Source of the DNA: Candidatus Woesearchaeota archaeon CG10_big_fil_rev_8_21_14_0_10_33_12
Lineage (GTDB): Archaea; Nanobdellota; Nanobdellia; Woesearchaeales; CG1-02-33-12
Reading direction: 5' to 3'
Assembly: GCA_002762865.1 (NCBI GenBank)
Contig: PCYE01000003.1
Span: 1-47,393, forward strand
DNA: 47,393 bases
Shown piece after piece: positions 17,352 to 26,859 of this stretch. The stretch's first letter is position 1; every line of letters begins with the position of its first letter. The notes under the pieces are model-generated. The model was not told where the DNA came from. It saw only the letters and a list, made by a program, of their open reading frames with translations, and did not search any database. The position numbers were made by a program, and so were the translations under genes.

Positions 17352-17867
17352 TATTTTTCACCTCTGGATTTTTTGTGTTTTGAACAACACTAATTTTATT
17401 TTTTGTTTTTATTGTTTAAATAGTTTTCGTTTTTTTCTAAAAAAAATTATTTCTCGTCGATAATTTTTTGTTTTTTGAAGTTAAAAAATAGTTTTTTTGA
17501 AAAAAATTTGAGTAAGTTGTTAAAAGGTAAAAACAAAAATAATTACAAAACTAAATTAAAAAGAATTATAATCAATAAAAAATTAATTTTATCGTCGCTG
17601 TTAAAAAATTTAAAAATTTGCTTAAAGATATTTGATGAAAAATTTAAAAATATATTTTTCAGAAAAAAATAGAATATTAAATTATATTTTTATTTTTAAA
17701 AAATTTTAAATTGTGTTATTGATCCAAAATTAAATTTTCATTAAAATTTTTGATATAAAAAGAGCGGTGATTTTATTTTTTAAAATTAGCAAAGAAATTA
17801 TAAAAAATTAGTGAGTTCTAAAAAATGGTTACAAAGATTTATAAAGAATTAAAATAAAGTATACAAA

Positions 17868-17884
17868 AGCTAGAGAATCTAGCT
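17868..17884 (+). promoter_or_regulatory. Inverted repeat agctaga-gaa-tctagct between a TATA-like box (tttataaa, ~17838) and the SD/ATG of the 17902 gene
   Basis: The 7-bp arms were verified. The repeat lies 7 nt upstream of the SD-like GAGGTG (17892-17897), which precedes the ATG at 17902. Confidence 0.3.
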
Positions 17885-17901
17885 ATAAAGAGGTGCAAAC
17901 A

Positions 17902-18258
17902 ATGGAGAAAAAAATAGGAGAGGTGTCATTTGTTCTTGGAGTTGTTCTTGCAGTGATCATTGGATTGATAGATGTTTACTTGGGAGCATTAGGACCTTGG
18001 TTAATATCCATCTTGATATTGTTGGGATTGATAGTTGGGTTTGTTAACATAAGTGGTAAGGAAACAAAGGATTTTGTGTGGATAGCAGTGGCATTAGTGC
18101 TGGTTGCATACATAGGAGGAGCCTCTGGTACACTAACAAGCGTGCTGTATATTGGTGAATATCTGAGCGGGGTGTTTAATGCTATAATGGCATTTGTCGT
18201 GCCAGCAGTAGTTGTAGTTGCTCTGAAAGAGATATATTCACTTGCACAGGTAAAATAA
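17902..18258 (+). CDS. Small integral membrane protein (about 4 TM helices)
   Basis: Hydrophobic segments include VSFVLGVVLAVIIGLI, LISILILLGLIVGFV, VWIAVALVLVAYIGG and AIMAFVVPAVVVVAL. The SD GAGGTG lies 4 nt upstream of ATG 17902; the track's start at 17893 is the GTG inside that SD. Confidence 0.6.
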   Translation: MEKKIGEVSFVLGVVLAVIIGLIDVYLGALGPWLISILILLGLIVGFVNISGKETKDFVWIAVALVLVAYIGGASGTLTSVLYIGEYLSGVFNAIMAFVVPAVVVVALKEIYSLAQVK

Positions 18259-18353
18259 AAATTTATTTTTTAATTTTTTTATTTATTTTATTATAATTTC
18301 TTAAGTTTAACGTATTTTTCTCAGAAAGATATATAAACATAAAGCTTTATTTA

Positions 18354-19340
18354 ATGAGTAGAATGTATGATATTATTACAGTAGGTTCGGCAACTGTTGA
18401 TGTTTTTGCAAATACAGAGTCTGAGCTTATAAAGATAAAAACATCAAATTCTGAAGAAGAATTAATTGCTTATCCTTCTGGCTCTAAGATTCTGATTAAA
18501 GAATTAAGGTTCACAACAGGAGGTGGCGGAACAAATACTGCTGTTTCTTTGGCAAGGCTGGGCCATAAAGTAGGTTATTTAGGAAGTTTAGGTAATGATG
18601 AGAATGGAAGAAAAATTCTTGATTTATTAAAAAAAGAAAAAATAGATTTCATCGGCAAATTAATTAATGATACTACAGGCTATTCCATAATTCTTGATTC
18701 AATAGAGCATGACAGGACTATTCTGACATACAAGGGTGCAAATGATAAATTAAAGTTTTCTGACATTAACCTAAAAAAACTGAAAACAAAATGGTTTTAT
18801 TTTTCTTCAATGATTTCTGAGTCATTTAAGACATTGGAAAAACTGGCAGAATTTGCTGAAAAAAACAAGATTAATATAGCATTTAATCCAAGCACTTATC
18901 TGGCAAAAAAAGGCATAGACTATTTAAAAAAAATTCTAACTAGAACAAGTATACTAATATTAAATAATGAAGAAGCTTTATTATTAGTAGGAAAAAATAA
19001 TGTTAAAACAATGTTAAAGGAATTATATAAGCTTGGACCAGAAATAATAATAATTACCGACGGAAAAAAAGCAATTAATGCTTATGATGGAAAAAATATT
19101 TATGTTCTGATTCCAAACAAGATAAGGGTTGTTGAGAGCACTGGTGCAGGAGATGCATTTGCTTCATCCTTCCTGTCAGGCATGATAAAAAAGAATAATG
19201 TTGATTTTGCATTGAGGTTGGGCTTGGTAAACTCAGAATCAGTTATACAGAAGAGCGGTGCAAAAAATAAATTATTAAAATACAGGGAAGCACTGGAAAT
19301 TATCAAGAAAAGCCCAATAAAAATAAAAAAGCTCAGCTAA
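18354..19340 (+). CDS. PfkB-family carbohydrate/nucleoside kinase (ribokinase-like)
   Basis: The N-terminal block VGSATVDVF...GGGGTNTAVSLARLG and the C-terminal TGAGDAF ATP/anion-hole motif both fit the family. Confidence 0.8.
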   Translation: MSRMYDIITVGSATVDVFANTESELIKIKTSNSEEELIAYPSGSKILIKELRFTTGGGGTNTAVSLARLGHKVGYLGSLGNDENGRKILDLLKKEKIDFIGKLINDTTGYSIILDSIEHDRTILTYKGANDKLKFSDINLKKLKTKWFYFSSMISESFKTLEKLAEFAEKNKINIAFNPSTYLAKKGIDYLKKILTRTSILILNNEEALLLVGKNNVKTMLKELYKLGPEIIIITDGKKAINAYDGKNIYVLIPNKIRVVESTGAGDAFASSFLSGMIKKNNVDFALRLGLVNSESVIQKSGAKNKLLKYREALEIIKKSPIKIKKLS

Positions 19341-19381
19341 AAATAGAAATATTTAAAAAACAAAACTATTTTAGTGTAAAA

Positions 19382-19942
19382 ATGAAAATTGTTGGCATAA
19401 GCGGTTCTCCGACTAAAAGCGGAAATAATGAGAGAGTAATAGACTATGTGCTTGATATTGCAAAGCAAAGGGGCTTTATCACAGTAAGGATATGTCTCTC
19501 GGAGTATAAGATAGCAGGATGTAATGATTGTGGATTATGCAAGGATAAAAAAGAATGCAGTATAAAGGATGATATGAAAAAACTATTGCCATTATTGGAG
19601 GATTCTGATGCAGTTATTGTATCTAGCCCTGTTTATTTTGGCTCTGTCAGCTCGCAATTAAAGGCATTCTTTGACAGAACCCTGGTTTTGAGAAAAGCTG
19701 GCTTTTTATTAAAAAATAAAGTTGGAGCTGCTGTTGCTGTTGGAGGATCAAGAAACGGCGGCCAGGAAAAAACCATTGAGGCAATACATGCCTGGATGAA
19801 CATCCATGGAATGATTGTTGTTGGAGATGGGAGCCATTTTGGCGGAATTGTGCAAAAGCCGTTTGAAGAGGATAACATAGGTATAAGAACTGTAAAGGAC
19901 ACAATTTATAAGGTCTGTGATGTCCTTGATATGATAAAATAG
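19382..19942 (+). CDS. Iron-sulfur flavoprotein / NADPH-dependent FMN reductase family
   Basis: MKIVGISGSPTKSGNN is a flavodoxin-like FMN site. The compact Cys cluster CNDCGLCKDKKEC is typical of Isf. SPVYFGSVS is also present. Confidence 0.75.
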   Translation: MKIVGISGSPTKSGNNERVIDYVLDIAKQRGFITVRICLSEYKIAGCNDCGLCKDKKECSIKDDMKKLLPLLEDSDAVIVSSPVYFGSVSSQLKAFFDRTLVLRKAGFLLKNKVGAAVAVGGSRNGGQEKTIEAIHAWMNIHGMIVVGDGSHFGGIVQKPFEEDNIGIRTVKDTIYKVCDVLDMIK

Positions 19943-19951
19943 GAAAAAGAG

Positions 19952-20749
19952 GTGGATTTTTTGACAAAATTGCAGATGCAGAAGATAATGCATAATGAGA
20001 GGTCTTTGTTTCTTGCATATGACCAGGGCCTTGAGCATGGGCCAACAGATTTTAACCTCAATAATGTTAATCCGGATTATGTTCTTAAAATAGCAGAAAA
20101 TGGAAAATACAATGCTGTTATACTGCATCAGGGGGTTGCTGAGAAATATTATGACAAGCATAATACAACTGTTCCATTAATTGTAAAGCTTAATGGCAAG
20201 ACAAATCTTGTTAAGAGTGATCCGGTCTCAAGCCAGGTTTGCTCTATTGGCCGTGCTGTAAAGCTTGGAGCAGAAGCTGTTGGTTATACAATATATCCTG
20301 GCTCTGAGTTTGAACATAAGATGTTTAAGGACTTTGGCAAGCTTGTTGAAACAGCCCATACCTATGGAATTCCTGTTATTGCCTGGGTTTATCCCCGTGG
20401 AAAGTTTGTTCATGATGGACTTTCAACTGAAACAATTGCTTATGCTGCACGTATAGGACTTGAGCTTGGAGCGGATTTTGTAAAAATAAACTATAACAAT
20501 GATTTTGAGGGATTTAAATGGACTGTAAAATCAGCTGGAAAAGCAAAAGTGCTGGTTGCTGGCGGGCCCAAGCTGTCTGACAAAGAGCTATTGCAAAGAA
20601 CCTATGAGGTCATGAAAGCCGGCGCCTCAGGCCTTGCAGTTGGCAGAAATATCTGGCAGCACGAAAAACCCTTGGAAATAACAAAGGCCCTGAAGAAAAT
20701 TATCTTTGAGAATAAAAGTGTCAATGAGGCATTGAAAATATTAAAATAA
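19952..20749 (+). CDS. fbaB: Class I fructose-bisphosphate aldolase, archaeal type (DhnA/FbaB family; an ADH-synthase paralog is possible)
   Basis: Family blocks are FLAYDQGLEHGP, DFVKINY (Schiff-base Lys region) and AVGRNIWQ. The start is uncertain: GTG 19952 lies inside an SD-like GAGGTG, and an in-frame TTG at 19961 is the alternative. Confidence 0.75.
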   Translation: MDFLTKLQMQKIMHNERSLFLAYDQGLEHGPTDFNLNNVNPDYVLKIAENGKYNAVILHQGVAEKYYDKHNTTVPLIVKLNGKTNLVKSDPVSSQVCSIGRAVKLGAEAVGYTIYPGSEFEHKMFKDFGKLVETAHTYGIPVIAWVYPRGKFVHDGLSTETIAYAARIGLELGADFVKINYNNDFEGFKWTVKSAGKAKVLVAGGPKLSDKELLQRTYEVMKAGASGLAVGRNIWQHEKPLEITKALKKIIFENKSVNEALKILK

Positions 20750-20760
20750 AAAAAATTTAA

Positions 20761-21213
20761 TTATTTAACTTCCATAAAAAAAGTTTTCTCTGTTTGACTT
20801 ATAGTTAGAGTACAGGAATATAGTTCTGAAGGAGTGTCTTTAGGAACAGATACTAAAGCAGAATACCTTTCCCAACTGCCAACAGGAATATTCAGACCTG
20901 AAGCCTTTACTGTTACCTCACTAATTCCCTCGCATGTTATTTGTGGAATTACTGTATTAGGAACATCATCTTGCTCATTGTTATAGAATCCAATAGTCAT
21001 TTTGTTATCTCTTCCTCTTTGTATGTCTGAAGGAATAAAACTTATTGGATCGCCTAAAGTTGGCTCTATTTCTAAAATTGGAAATTCTTTAAACCTGTCT
21101 ATGAACCTTTGCATGGTTCCAGTAATAAAACCCAAGGCAATACCTAAGGTAACAATAGCAAGAATCAGTATCACAACCATATTTATAGAAAGAGTAATCC
21201 CTTTTTTATTCAT
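20761..21213 (-). CDS. Archaeal type IV pilin-like protein (class III signal peptide)
   Basis: The N-terminus MNKKG|ITLSINMVVILILAIVTLGIALGFI has a short basic leader, a KG/I prepilin-peptidase-type site and a hydrophobic helix. Confidence 0.65.
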   Translation of the reverse strand: MNKKGITLSINMVVILILAIVTLGIALGFITGTMQRFIDRFKEFPILEIEPTLGDPISFIPSDIQRGRDNKMTIGFYNNEQDDVPNTVIPQITCEGISEVTVKASGLNIPVGSWERYSALVSVPKDTPSELYSCTLTISQTEKTFFMEVK

Positions 21214-21350
21214 TTTTGCACCTCATTTTTCATAATCCTAGTTTTAGTTTTATTAAGTCAATAATAATCATAGTAGTATTTAAATGTTTTGAAAATTCCT
21301 TTATAGCCAATGTATTAAGAAAAAAACACTAAAAATATTAAAATAAATCC

Positions 21351-21974
21351 TTAATAACCATACTTGCCCTTTAAGGGCACAAACACAAAACTGCCAAGTG
21401 ATTCTGTTTTTAATTCTTTACCTTTTTTTACGCCTTTTATCATGGTTTGGCCAAGAAAATAAGCAACAGGAGCAACTATTATTCCATTCTGCTTTAGCTG
21501 CTCTATCAAAGGCGGAGGTATTTTCGGGCATGCAGCAGTAACAATTATCTTGTCATAAGGCGCTTTTTTCTCATAGCCCTGGGAGCCGTCATAATTTATT
21601 ACTTCAATATTTTTTATTCCAGCTTTTTTTATGTTGTTAGATGCAAAATCTGCAAGCTCTGGAATGATTTCTGTTGTGTAAACAAATTTTGCCATCTTGG
21701 ATATTATTGCAGCACAATAGCCAGAGCCAGCACCAACCTCTAAAACCCTGTCTGTTTTTTTTAAATCAAGGGCATTGATCATAATCATAACAGTTGTTGG
21801 CTGTGATATTGTCTGGCCCTTCAGAATAGGCAGTGGATAGTCACCATAGGCCTCATTTAATGACTCACCTAAGATAAATTCCTCTCTTGGAATTGCTTTA
21901 AAGGCCTTTATCAGTTTTTTATCTGTAATGATTTTATTGTCAGTCCAGTATTTTACTAGTTCTTCCTTCCCCAT
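21351..21974 (-). CDS. pcm: Protein-L-isoaspartate O-methyltransferase
   Basis: GQTISQPTTVMIM and VLEVGAGSGY (SAM motif I) are present, and the length is typical. Confidence 0.88.
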   Translation of the reverse strand: MGKEELVKYWTDNKIITDKKLIKAFKAIPREEFILGESLNEAYGDYPLPILKGQTISQPTTVMIMINALDLKKTDRVLEVGAGSGYCAAIISKMAKFVYTTEIIPELADFASNNIKKAGIKNIEVINYDGSQGYEKKAPYDKIIVTAACPKIPPPLIEQLKQNGIIVAPVAYFLGQTMIKGVKKGKELKTESLGSFVFVPLKGKYGY

Positions 21975-22092
21975 ATTAAATGCCTGAGAGTTCCTAAATA
22001 TAAATAGTTTTTTAATTATTTAAACAGAAAGGTTTATATAAACATTTGATTAAGTTTTTAACATTAGCTTATTTAAAACAAGAGGTGTTATT

Positions 22093-24459
22093 ATGAAAAC
22101 AATATCATGGTTCAAGGAAATATCAAAAGACAATATTTCTATTGTTGGCGGCAAAGGAGCTAATCTTGGTGAGATGTATAATTTAGGCATGCCTGTTCCT
22201 CCGGGATTTATGGTAAATGCAGATGCATATAAGGAATTTATAGAAAGGGCAAACATAAAAGAAAAAATAACACAAATTCTTTCAGGGCTTAATGTTGAAA
22301 ATAATGAAGAACTGCAGAATAAGGCAAATGAAGTGCAGAAACTAATCATAGCAACAGAGATTCCTGATGATATTAAAGAAGAGATTATAGATGCCTATGA
22401 AAGCATGGGCATAACTGATAAACCGGTAAATGCTGCTGAGCTCGTAAAGAAAGGAGAAGATGAGTTTGTTGCAGTTAGAAGCAGCGCAACTGCAGAAGAC
22501 CTTCCAGAAGCTTCATTTGCAGGACAGCAGGCAACATTCCTAAACATAAAAGGAAGCGGGGATGTTGTCAAGGCAGTAAGGGCATGCTGGGCATCACTAT
22601 TTACTGCAAGGGCAATCTACTACAGAATAAAAAATAATTTTGAGCATATGCAGGTATTGATAGCAGTTGTTGTGCAGAAAATGGTTAATTCGCAGAAAGC
22701 AGGAATAACTTTTTCTATAAACCCCTCAACAAATAATGAAAGCGAGATTATAGTTGAAGCATGCTTTGGCCTTGGAGAGGCAATTGTCTCTGGCTCTGTA
22801 AATCCTGATTCCTACATTGTTGATAAAAGCTCTATGAAAATAAAAAGCAAGGACATAAAAGAGCAGGAATGGGCGTATGTCAGGGATGAAACAGGAAAAA
22901 CAGTGAAAAAAACAATAATTAAGGACAAAAGAGGAACTCAGATATTAAAAGACGAAGAAATACTTGGCTTGGCAGAGATTGCAAAAAAATTAGAAGACCA
23001 TTATAACAAGCCACAGGATATTGAATGGGCTATTGAAGGCGGAAAAATATATGTTGTGCAGACAAGGCCAATAACAACAATGAAAAAGATTGAAGATGAA
23101 AAAACAGAGGAGATAAGAGTTGAAGAGCAAAAAGAAGAAGAGCAGGCTGATGAGAAGGGCACAAACATCTCAGATGCAAAAGTTCTTGTAACTGGAAATA
23201 CAGCAAGCCCTGGTTTTGCTTTTGGTATTGTGAAGATTGCAAACGAGCCAAACGAATTTTCAAAAGTCCAGAAAGGGGATGTTCTTGTAACAAAGATGAC
23301 AAACCCGGATATGGTGCCGGTAATGAAAAGGGCATCAGCCATTGTAACTGATATGGGAGGAACAACATGCCATGCAGCAATTGTAAGCAGAGAAATGGGA
23401 ATTCCATGCATTGTTGGAACAGGCAATTCAACCTCTGTTTTAAAGGAAAACACAATGATTACTGTTGATGCAACACATGGCAAGGTTTATGAAGGAAAAA
23501 TAACAATAAAAAAACCAAAGCAGGCAGAAGAAACAAAAGAAGAGTATGGTGAGTTAATCACAGCAACGCAAATCAAAGTGGTAATGGACTTTCCAGACTA
23601 TGCTGAAAAAGCAGCTGCAACAGGGGCAGATGGGGTTGGTTTGTTAAGGGCAGAGCATATGATCCTTGGCTCTAAAGTTCATCCAGCTTATTTAGTAAAG
23701 CAAGGCAGAAAGCAAGAGCTTATTGATATATTAGTTAAAGGAATATCAACTGTTGCGAGGGCATTTGACGGCAAGCCTGTATGGTACAGGACACTTGATG
23801 CTCCAACAGACGAGTTCAAAAGCCTTGAAGGCGGAGAAGATGAGCCTCAGGAAGAAAATCCGATGCTTGGCTGGAGAGGAATAAGGCGCTCACTTGATCA
23901 AAGAGGAATGCTTAAAGCTGAGTTTGAGGCAATCAAAAAAGTGCATGAGATGGGGCTCAAAAATGTTGGTGTAATGATACCACTGGTAACAAGAGTAGAT
24001 GAAGTAAAACAGGCAAAAGAAACCCTTGAAGAAGTCTTTGGTGACGAGTTTGTTGAATTTGGGATCATGGTTGAAACCCCTGCAGCAGTATGGATAATAG
24101 AGGATATCTGCAAGCTCGGAATTGATTTCATAAGCTTTGGAACAAATGACCTAACACAATACACCCTTGCAATTGATAGAAACAATGATCTTGTGCAAAA
24201 GCATTATGATGAGCTGCATCCAGCAGTGCTTGCAGAAATATCAATGGTTATTAAGGCATGCAAGAAATATCATGTGCAGACTTCAATATGCGGACAGGCC
24301 GGCTCACAGCCTAAGATGGCTGCATTCCTTGTAAGGCAGGGCATTGACAGCATAAGTGCAAACCCAGACGCTGTTCACCAAATAAGGCACACAGTTGCAA
24401 TAACAGAAAAAAGGCTTTTATTAGATGCAGAGAGAAGGAATCTGAGGCCACAGCAATAA
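22093..24459 (+). CDS. ppsA: Phosphoenolpyruvate synthase (pyruvate, water dikinase)
   Basis: IVGGKGANLGEM marks the ATP-grasp N-terminus. GGTTCHAAIVSREMGIPCIVG is the phospho-His swivel domain. The PEP-utilising TIM barrel contains NPMLGWRGIRR and SFGTNDLTQY. The SD AGAGGTG lies upstream. Confidence 0.92.
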   Translation: MKTISWFKEISKDNISIVGGKGANLGEMYNLGMPVPPGFMVNADAYKEFIERANIKEKITQILSGLNVENNEELQNKANEVQKLIIATEIPDDIKEEIIDAYESMGITDKPVNAAELVKKGEDEFVAVRSSATAEDLPEASFAGQQATFLNIKGSGDVVKAVRACWASLFTARAIYYRIKNNFEHMQVLIAVVVQKMVNSQKAGITFSINPSTNNESEIIVEACFGLGEAIVSGSVNPDSYIVDKSSMKIKSKDIKEQEWAYVRDETGKTVKKTIIKDKRGTQILKDEEILGLAEIAKKLEDHYNKPQDIEWAIEGGKIYVVQTRPITTMKKIEDEKTEEIRVEEQKEEEQADEKGTNISDAKVLVTGNTASPGFAFGIVKIANEPNEFSKVQKGDVLVTKMTNPDMVPVMKRASAIVTDMGGTTCHAAIVSREMGIPCIVGTGNSTSVLKENTMITVDATHGKVYEGKITIKKPKQAEETKEEYGELITATQIKVVMDFPDYAEKAAATGADGVGLLRAEHMILGSKVHPAYLVKQGRKQELIDILVKGISTVARAFDGKPVWYRTLDAPTDEFKSLEGGEDEPQEENPMLGWRGIRRSLDQRGMLKAEFEAIKKVHEMGLKNVGVMIPLVTRVDEVKQAKETLEEVFGDEFVEFGIMVETPAAVWIIEDICKLGIDFISFGTNDLTQYTLAIDRNNDLVQKHYDELHPAVLAEISMVIKACKKYHVQTSICGQAGSQPKMAAFLVRQGIDSISANPDAVHQIRHTVAITEKRLLLDAERRNLRPQQ

Positions 24460-24460
24460 A

Positions 24461-25072
24461 TCAGACTTTTACATTTAATTTTTTTAATTCTTTAATTAGA
24501 TTTTCATAAGAAGTATAATATATTCCATGAATACCCAGCTTTGATGCAGCGTCAGAATATTCTTTTATGTCATCTATGTAAACACATTCATCTGGCCTAA
24601 GATTTAATTTATTAATCGCATCAAGGTATATTTCTTTCTTTGGTTTTGCATATCCAAGTTCAAAGGATAATGTAACAGAATCAAATAAAAGGAACTCTCT
24701 TAATTTTTTAATTACGCAGTCAAAATCAACTTTTGTTGTGTTTGAAAGCAATGCGACCTTATAATTTTTCTTAAATTTTTTAATTAAATTAAGAGTAGAT
24801 GGAATTTTTTCAAAAAGCCTGTCTGTATACTCCTTAAAAAATTCTTTTTGGGTTATTGAAAGATTGCATTGCTTCTTTATAATTCTAAAAAAGTCTATTT
24901 CTGATAGTTCTCTTAATTCAAATTTATCCTGCAATCCTGATTTAAATATAAGATTACTAATATATTCATAACTTTTATTGGATTTTTTAACAACTTTCTT
25001 CAGAAAAATATCATTGTCCCATTTATGGATTACATTTCCATAATCAAAGATGATTGCCTTTATCATAAACAA
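24461..25072 (-). CDS. HAD-superfamily hydrolase (subfamily IA-like)
   Basis: IIFDYGNVI is motif I, LLSNT is motif II and YIDDI is motif IV. The gene converges on ppsA with a 1-nt gap. Confidence 0.7.
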   Translation of the reverse strand: MFMIKAIIFDYGNVIHKWDNDIFLKKVVKKSNKSYEYISNLIFKSGLQDKFELRELSEIDFFRIIKKQCNLSITQKEFFKEYTDRLFEKIPSTLNLIKKFKKNYKVALLSNTTKVDFDCVIKKLREFLLFDSVTLSFELGYAKPKKEIYLDAINKLNLRPDECVYIDDIKEYSDAASKLGIHGIYYTSYENLIKELKKLNVKV

Positions 25073-25161
25073 AGAATATTAACAGGTTAAATAAAAGCTT
25101 TTTGGAAAATTAATTTTCAATATAGAAAAATATTTAAAAAAAACAAGTTTATAATTTGCTT

Positions 25162-25491
25162 ATGAATCGCGGCAGGCCAGTCCAGAGCAAAATAAGGCAG
25201 AATGTTATTGAGATACTCTATTTTCTGAAGAGTGCCTATGGGTATGATATATACAAAAAATACATTGATATTTTTCCTGCTGTGACCATGCGCTCTATTT
25301 ATTATCACCTTAAGAAAGGTCTTGCTTTAAAGGAATTCAAGATAAGCAAAGTAAAGAGTGAAAAAGGCAACTATTCATGGGGGCCAGAGGCTGAAAAGAT
25401 TTACTACAAGCTTGACATAAATGCAAGGCCCCAGATAGACAAAAGAGTTAAAAAATACTTTGAAAAAAGAAATTCTAAAAAAATCCAATAA
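25162..25491 (+). CDS. Winged-helix transcriptional regulator, PadR-like
   Basis: IEILYFLKSAYGYDIYKKYIDIFPAVTMRSIYYHLKKGLALKEF fits the PadR-type wHTH pattern (GY.I ... S.Y..L). Its 3' end overlaps the convergent M50 protease gene by 17 nt. Confidence 0.5.
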   Translation: MNRGRPVQSKIRQNVIEILYFLKSAYGYDIYKKYIDIFPAVTMRSIYYHLKKGLALKEFKISKVKSEKGNYSWGPEAEKIYYKLDINARPQIDKRVKKYFEKRNSKKIQ

Positions 25492-26689
25492 TAAGCCTAA
25501 TAATATTCTGGATAAATGGCCATAAAACATTAATCAAAACAAGCCCCAGGAAAACAAAGCTGATTGCTTTCCAAATCTTGTCGCCATTCTTTTTCTTAAA
25601 GAGTTTGTGCATTGCTAACTGAAGCATCCTTCCGCCGTCTATTGGGCCTAAAGGAACTAGGTTAAACAATCCGATCCCTAAGTTTAGAACATAAAGCCAG
25701 TAAAACAATCCAACAAACCAAATAAAAACATCTGGAAGAATTTTTCCGTATTTTTGCAAGACATTTTCTTTTATTTCCTGATTCTGGGTTAAATAGATTC
25801 CAAGATAGCCCATACTTTTATTATCAGGGCTTTCAGCAAGGGTAATATTATAATCTGTTACATTTGTTGTAATAACAATAGATTCACTAGGAGTTTTATT
25901 TTGCATTATCTTTGTGAAATTCTCCACAGTGGTAATTGGCATATTATCTATACCAATTATCAGCTCATTTTCTGTCATCCCTGCTTCTTCTGCAGGAAAG
26001 GTTTCATTGCCTGGGGTAAAGCCTGTTACCAGAACACCATCATAATTAAATATTGCATTGGAAACTGGTGCAAAAACAAGCCCCATTATAGCCAAAACAA
26101 CAAAGGCAAATATAATATTAGAAAAAGGCCCTGCTGCAAAAATAGACAATTGCTGTATATGAGGTCTTTCTCTTAATTCTTTTTCATCTGGCTCAACAAA
26201 TGCTGCAGGGATTACAGGAACAAAAATATTAAGGAAAGCTAGTCCGCTTGATTTTATCTTAATTTTATATAATCTTGCCACAACACCATGAGAGAACTCA
26301 TGCACAAGGGCAAGCAAAAATATGGATATAATCCAGTAAAAGAAAGGAACATAAAAAGCTCCCTTAACCTTAAATGGAACCACCATCCCAACACCTGAAA
26401 CTGCTGCCGGCTTTGTAACCAGACCGTAAAAGTTCTGAATAAGGAGGACAGACATTATAACCATACCTAAAAATCCAATTACAATGCCAGAATATGCCAG
26501 ATATTTTAACAATTTTGGATGTTTTTTGGCCATCCTATCCATTAATTCTAGTCCAATCTTAGTTTTGTACATAGCAAAATAAAGGAATGGATAGAATATC
26601 TTCTGAATAATTATTTTCTTTCTGTTAATATAAAGAAAAAGCAACATGCAGCCTATAAATATAAAAGCGCATATAGTCTGAATATCCAT
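25475..26689 (-). CDS. Site-2 protease family (M50) membrane metalloprotease with an inserted PDZ-like region
   Basis: HEFSHG is the HExxH motif in a TM helix. NLVPLGPIDGG is the second M50 signature. The protein has multiple TM helices. Confidence 0.85.
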   Translation of the reverse strand: MDIQTICAFIFIGCMLLFLYINRKKIIIQKIFYPFLYFAMYKTKIGLELMDRMAKKHPKLLKYLAYSGIVIGFLGMVIMSVLLIQNFYGLVTKPAAVSGVGMVVPFKVKGAFYVPFFYWIISIFLLALVHEFSHGVVARLYKIKIKSSGLAFLNIFVPVIPAAFVEPDEKELRERPHIQQLSIFAAGPFSNIIFAFVVLAIMGLVFAPVSNAIFNYDGVLVTGFTPGNETFPAEEAGMTENELIIGIDNMPITTVENFTKIMQNKTPSESIVITTNVTDYNITLAESPDNKSMGYLGIYLTQNQEIKENVLQKYGKILPDVFIWFVGLFYWLYVLNLGIGLFNLVPLGPIDGGRMLQLAMHKLFKKKNGDKIWKAISFVFLGLVLINVLWPFIQNIIRLIIGFF

Positions 26690-26690
26690 T

Positions 26691-26852
26691 TTATTTCTTT
26701 CTAAGGGGCCTTAATGCCTTGCTATTGCATTTCCTGCACTTGATTTTTCCCTGAAGAACCTTCATTATATTAGCCCTTATTTTTGTCTTGCAGTTTTTGC
26801 ATACAAATATATTGTGAATTATTCTTGCTTCTGCTTCTGGAAATTTTACCAT
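26691..26852 (-). CDS. rpl40e: 50S ribosomal protein L40e (eL40), 53 aa; not in the ORF track
   Basis: The hand translation is MVKFPEAEARIIHNIFVCKNCKTKIRANIMKVLQGKIKCRKCNSKALRPLRKK*. It has the conserved FPEAEARI start and a CxxC...CxxC zinc ribbon. Confidence 0.85.
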   Translation of the reverse strand: MVKFPEAEARIIHNIFVCKNCKTKIRANIMKVLQGKIKCRKCNSKALRPLRKK

Positions 26853-26859
26853 TTTACAC

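Noticed and set aside
17631-17660. A TGATGA (C-box-like) hexamer in the AT-rich spacer, as a possible C/D box sRNA
   Set aside because: There is no matching D box (CTGA) or terminal stem at an appropriate distance. It is a single hexamer in low-complexity sequence.
17475-17672. A 65-aa tracked ORF (TTG start) inside the AT-only spacer
   Set aside because: The sequence is Lys/Asn/Ile/Leu-rich, purely as a result of A/T runs. It has no SD and a TTG start. It is indistinguishable from composition noise.
19633-20161. Minus-strand tracked ORFs 19633-19902, 19647-20045 and 19748-20161
   Set aside because: They overlap each other and are antisense to the well-supported Isf flavoprotein and class I aldolase genes. 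They are shadow ORFs.
23001-23483. Minus-strand ORFs of 160 and 141 aa inside ppsA
   Set aside because: They are antisense to the strongly supported PEP synthase phospho-His domain and have no motifs. The many other antisense tracked ORFs inside thrS, srp54, pyrG, infB, trm1 and the ABC genes are rejected for the same reason.
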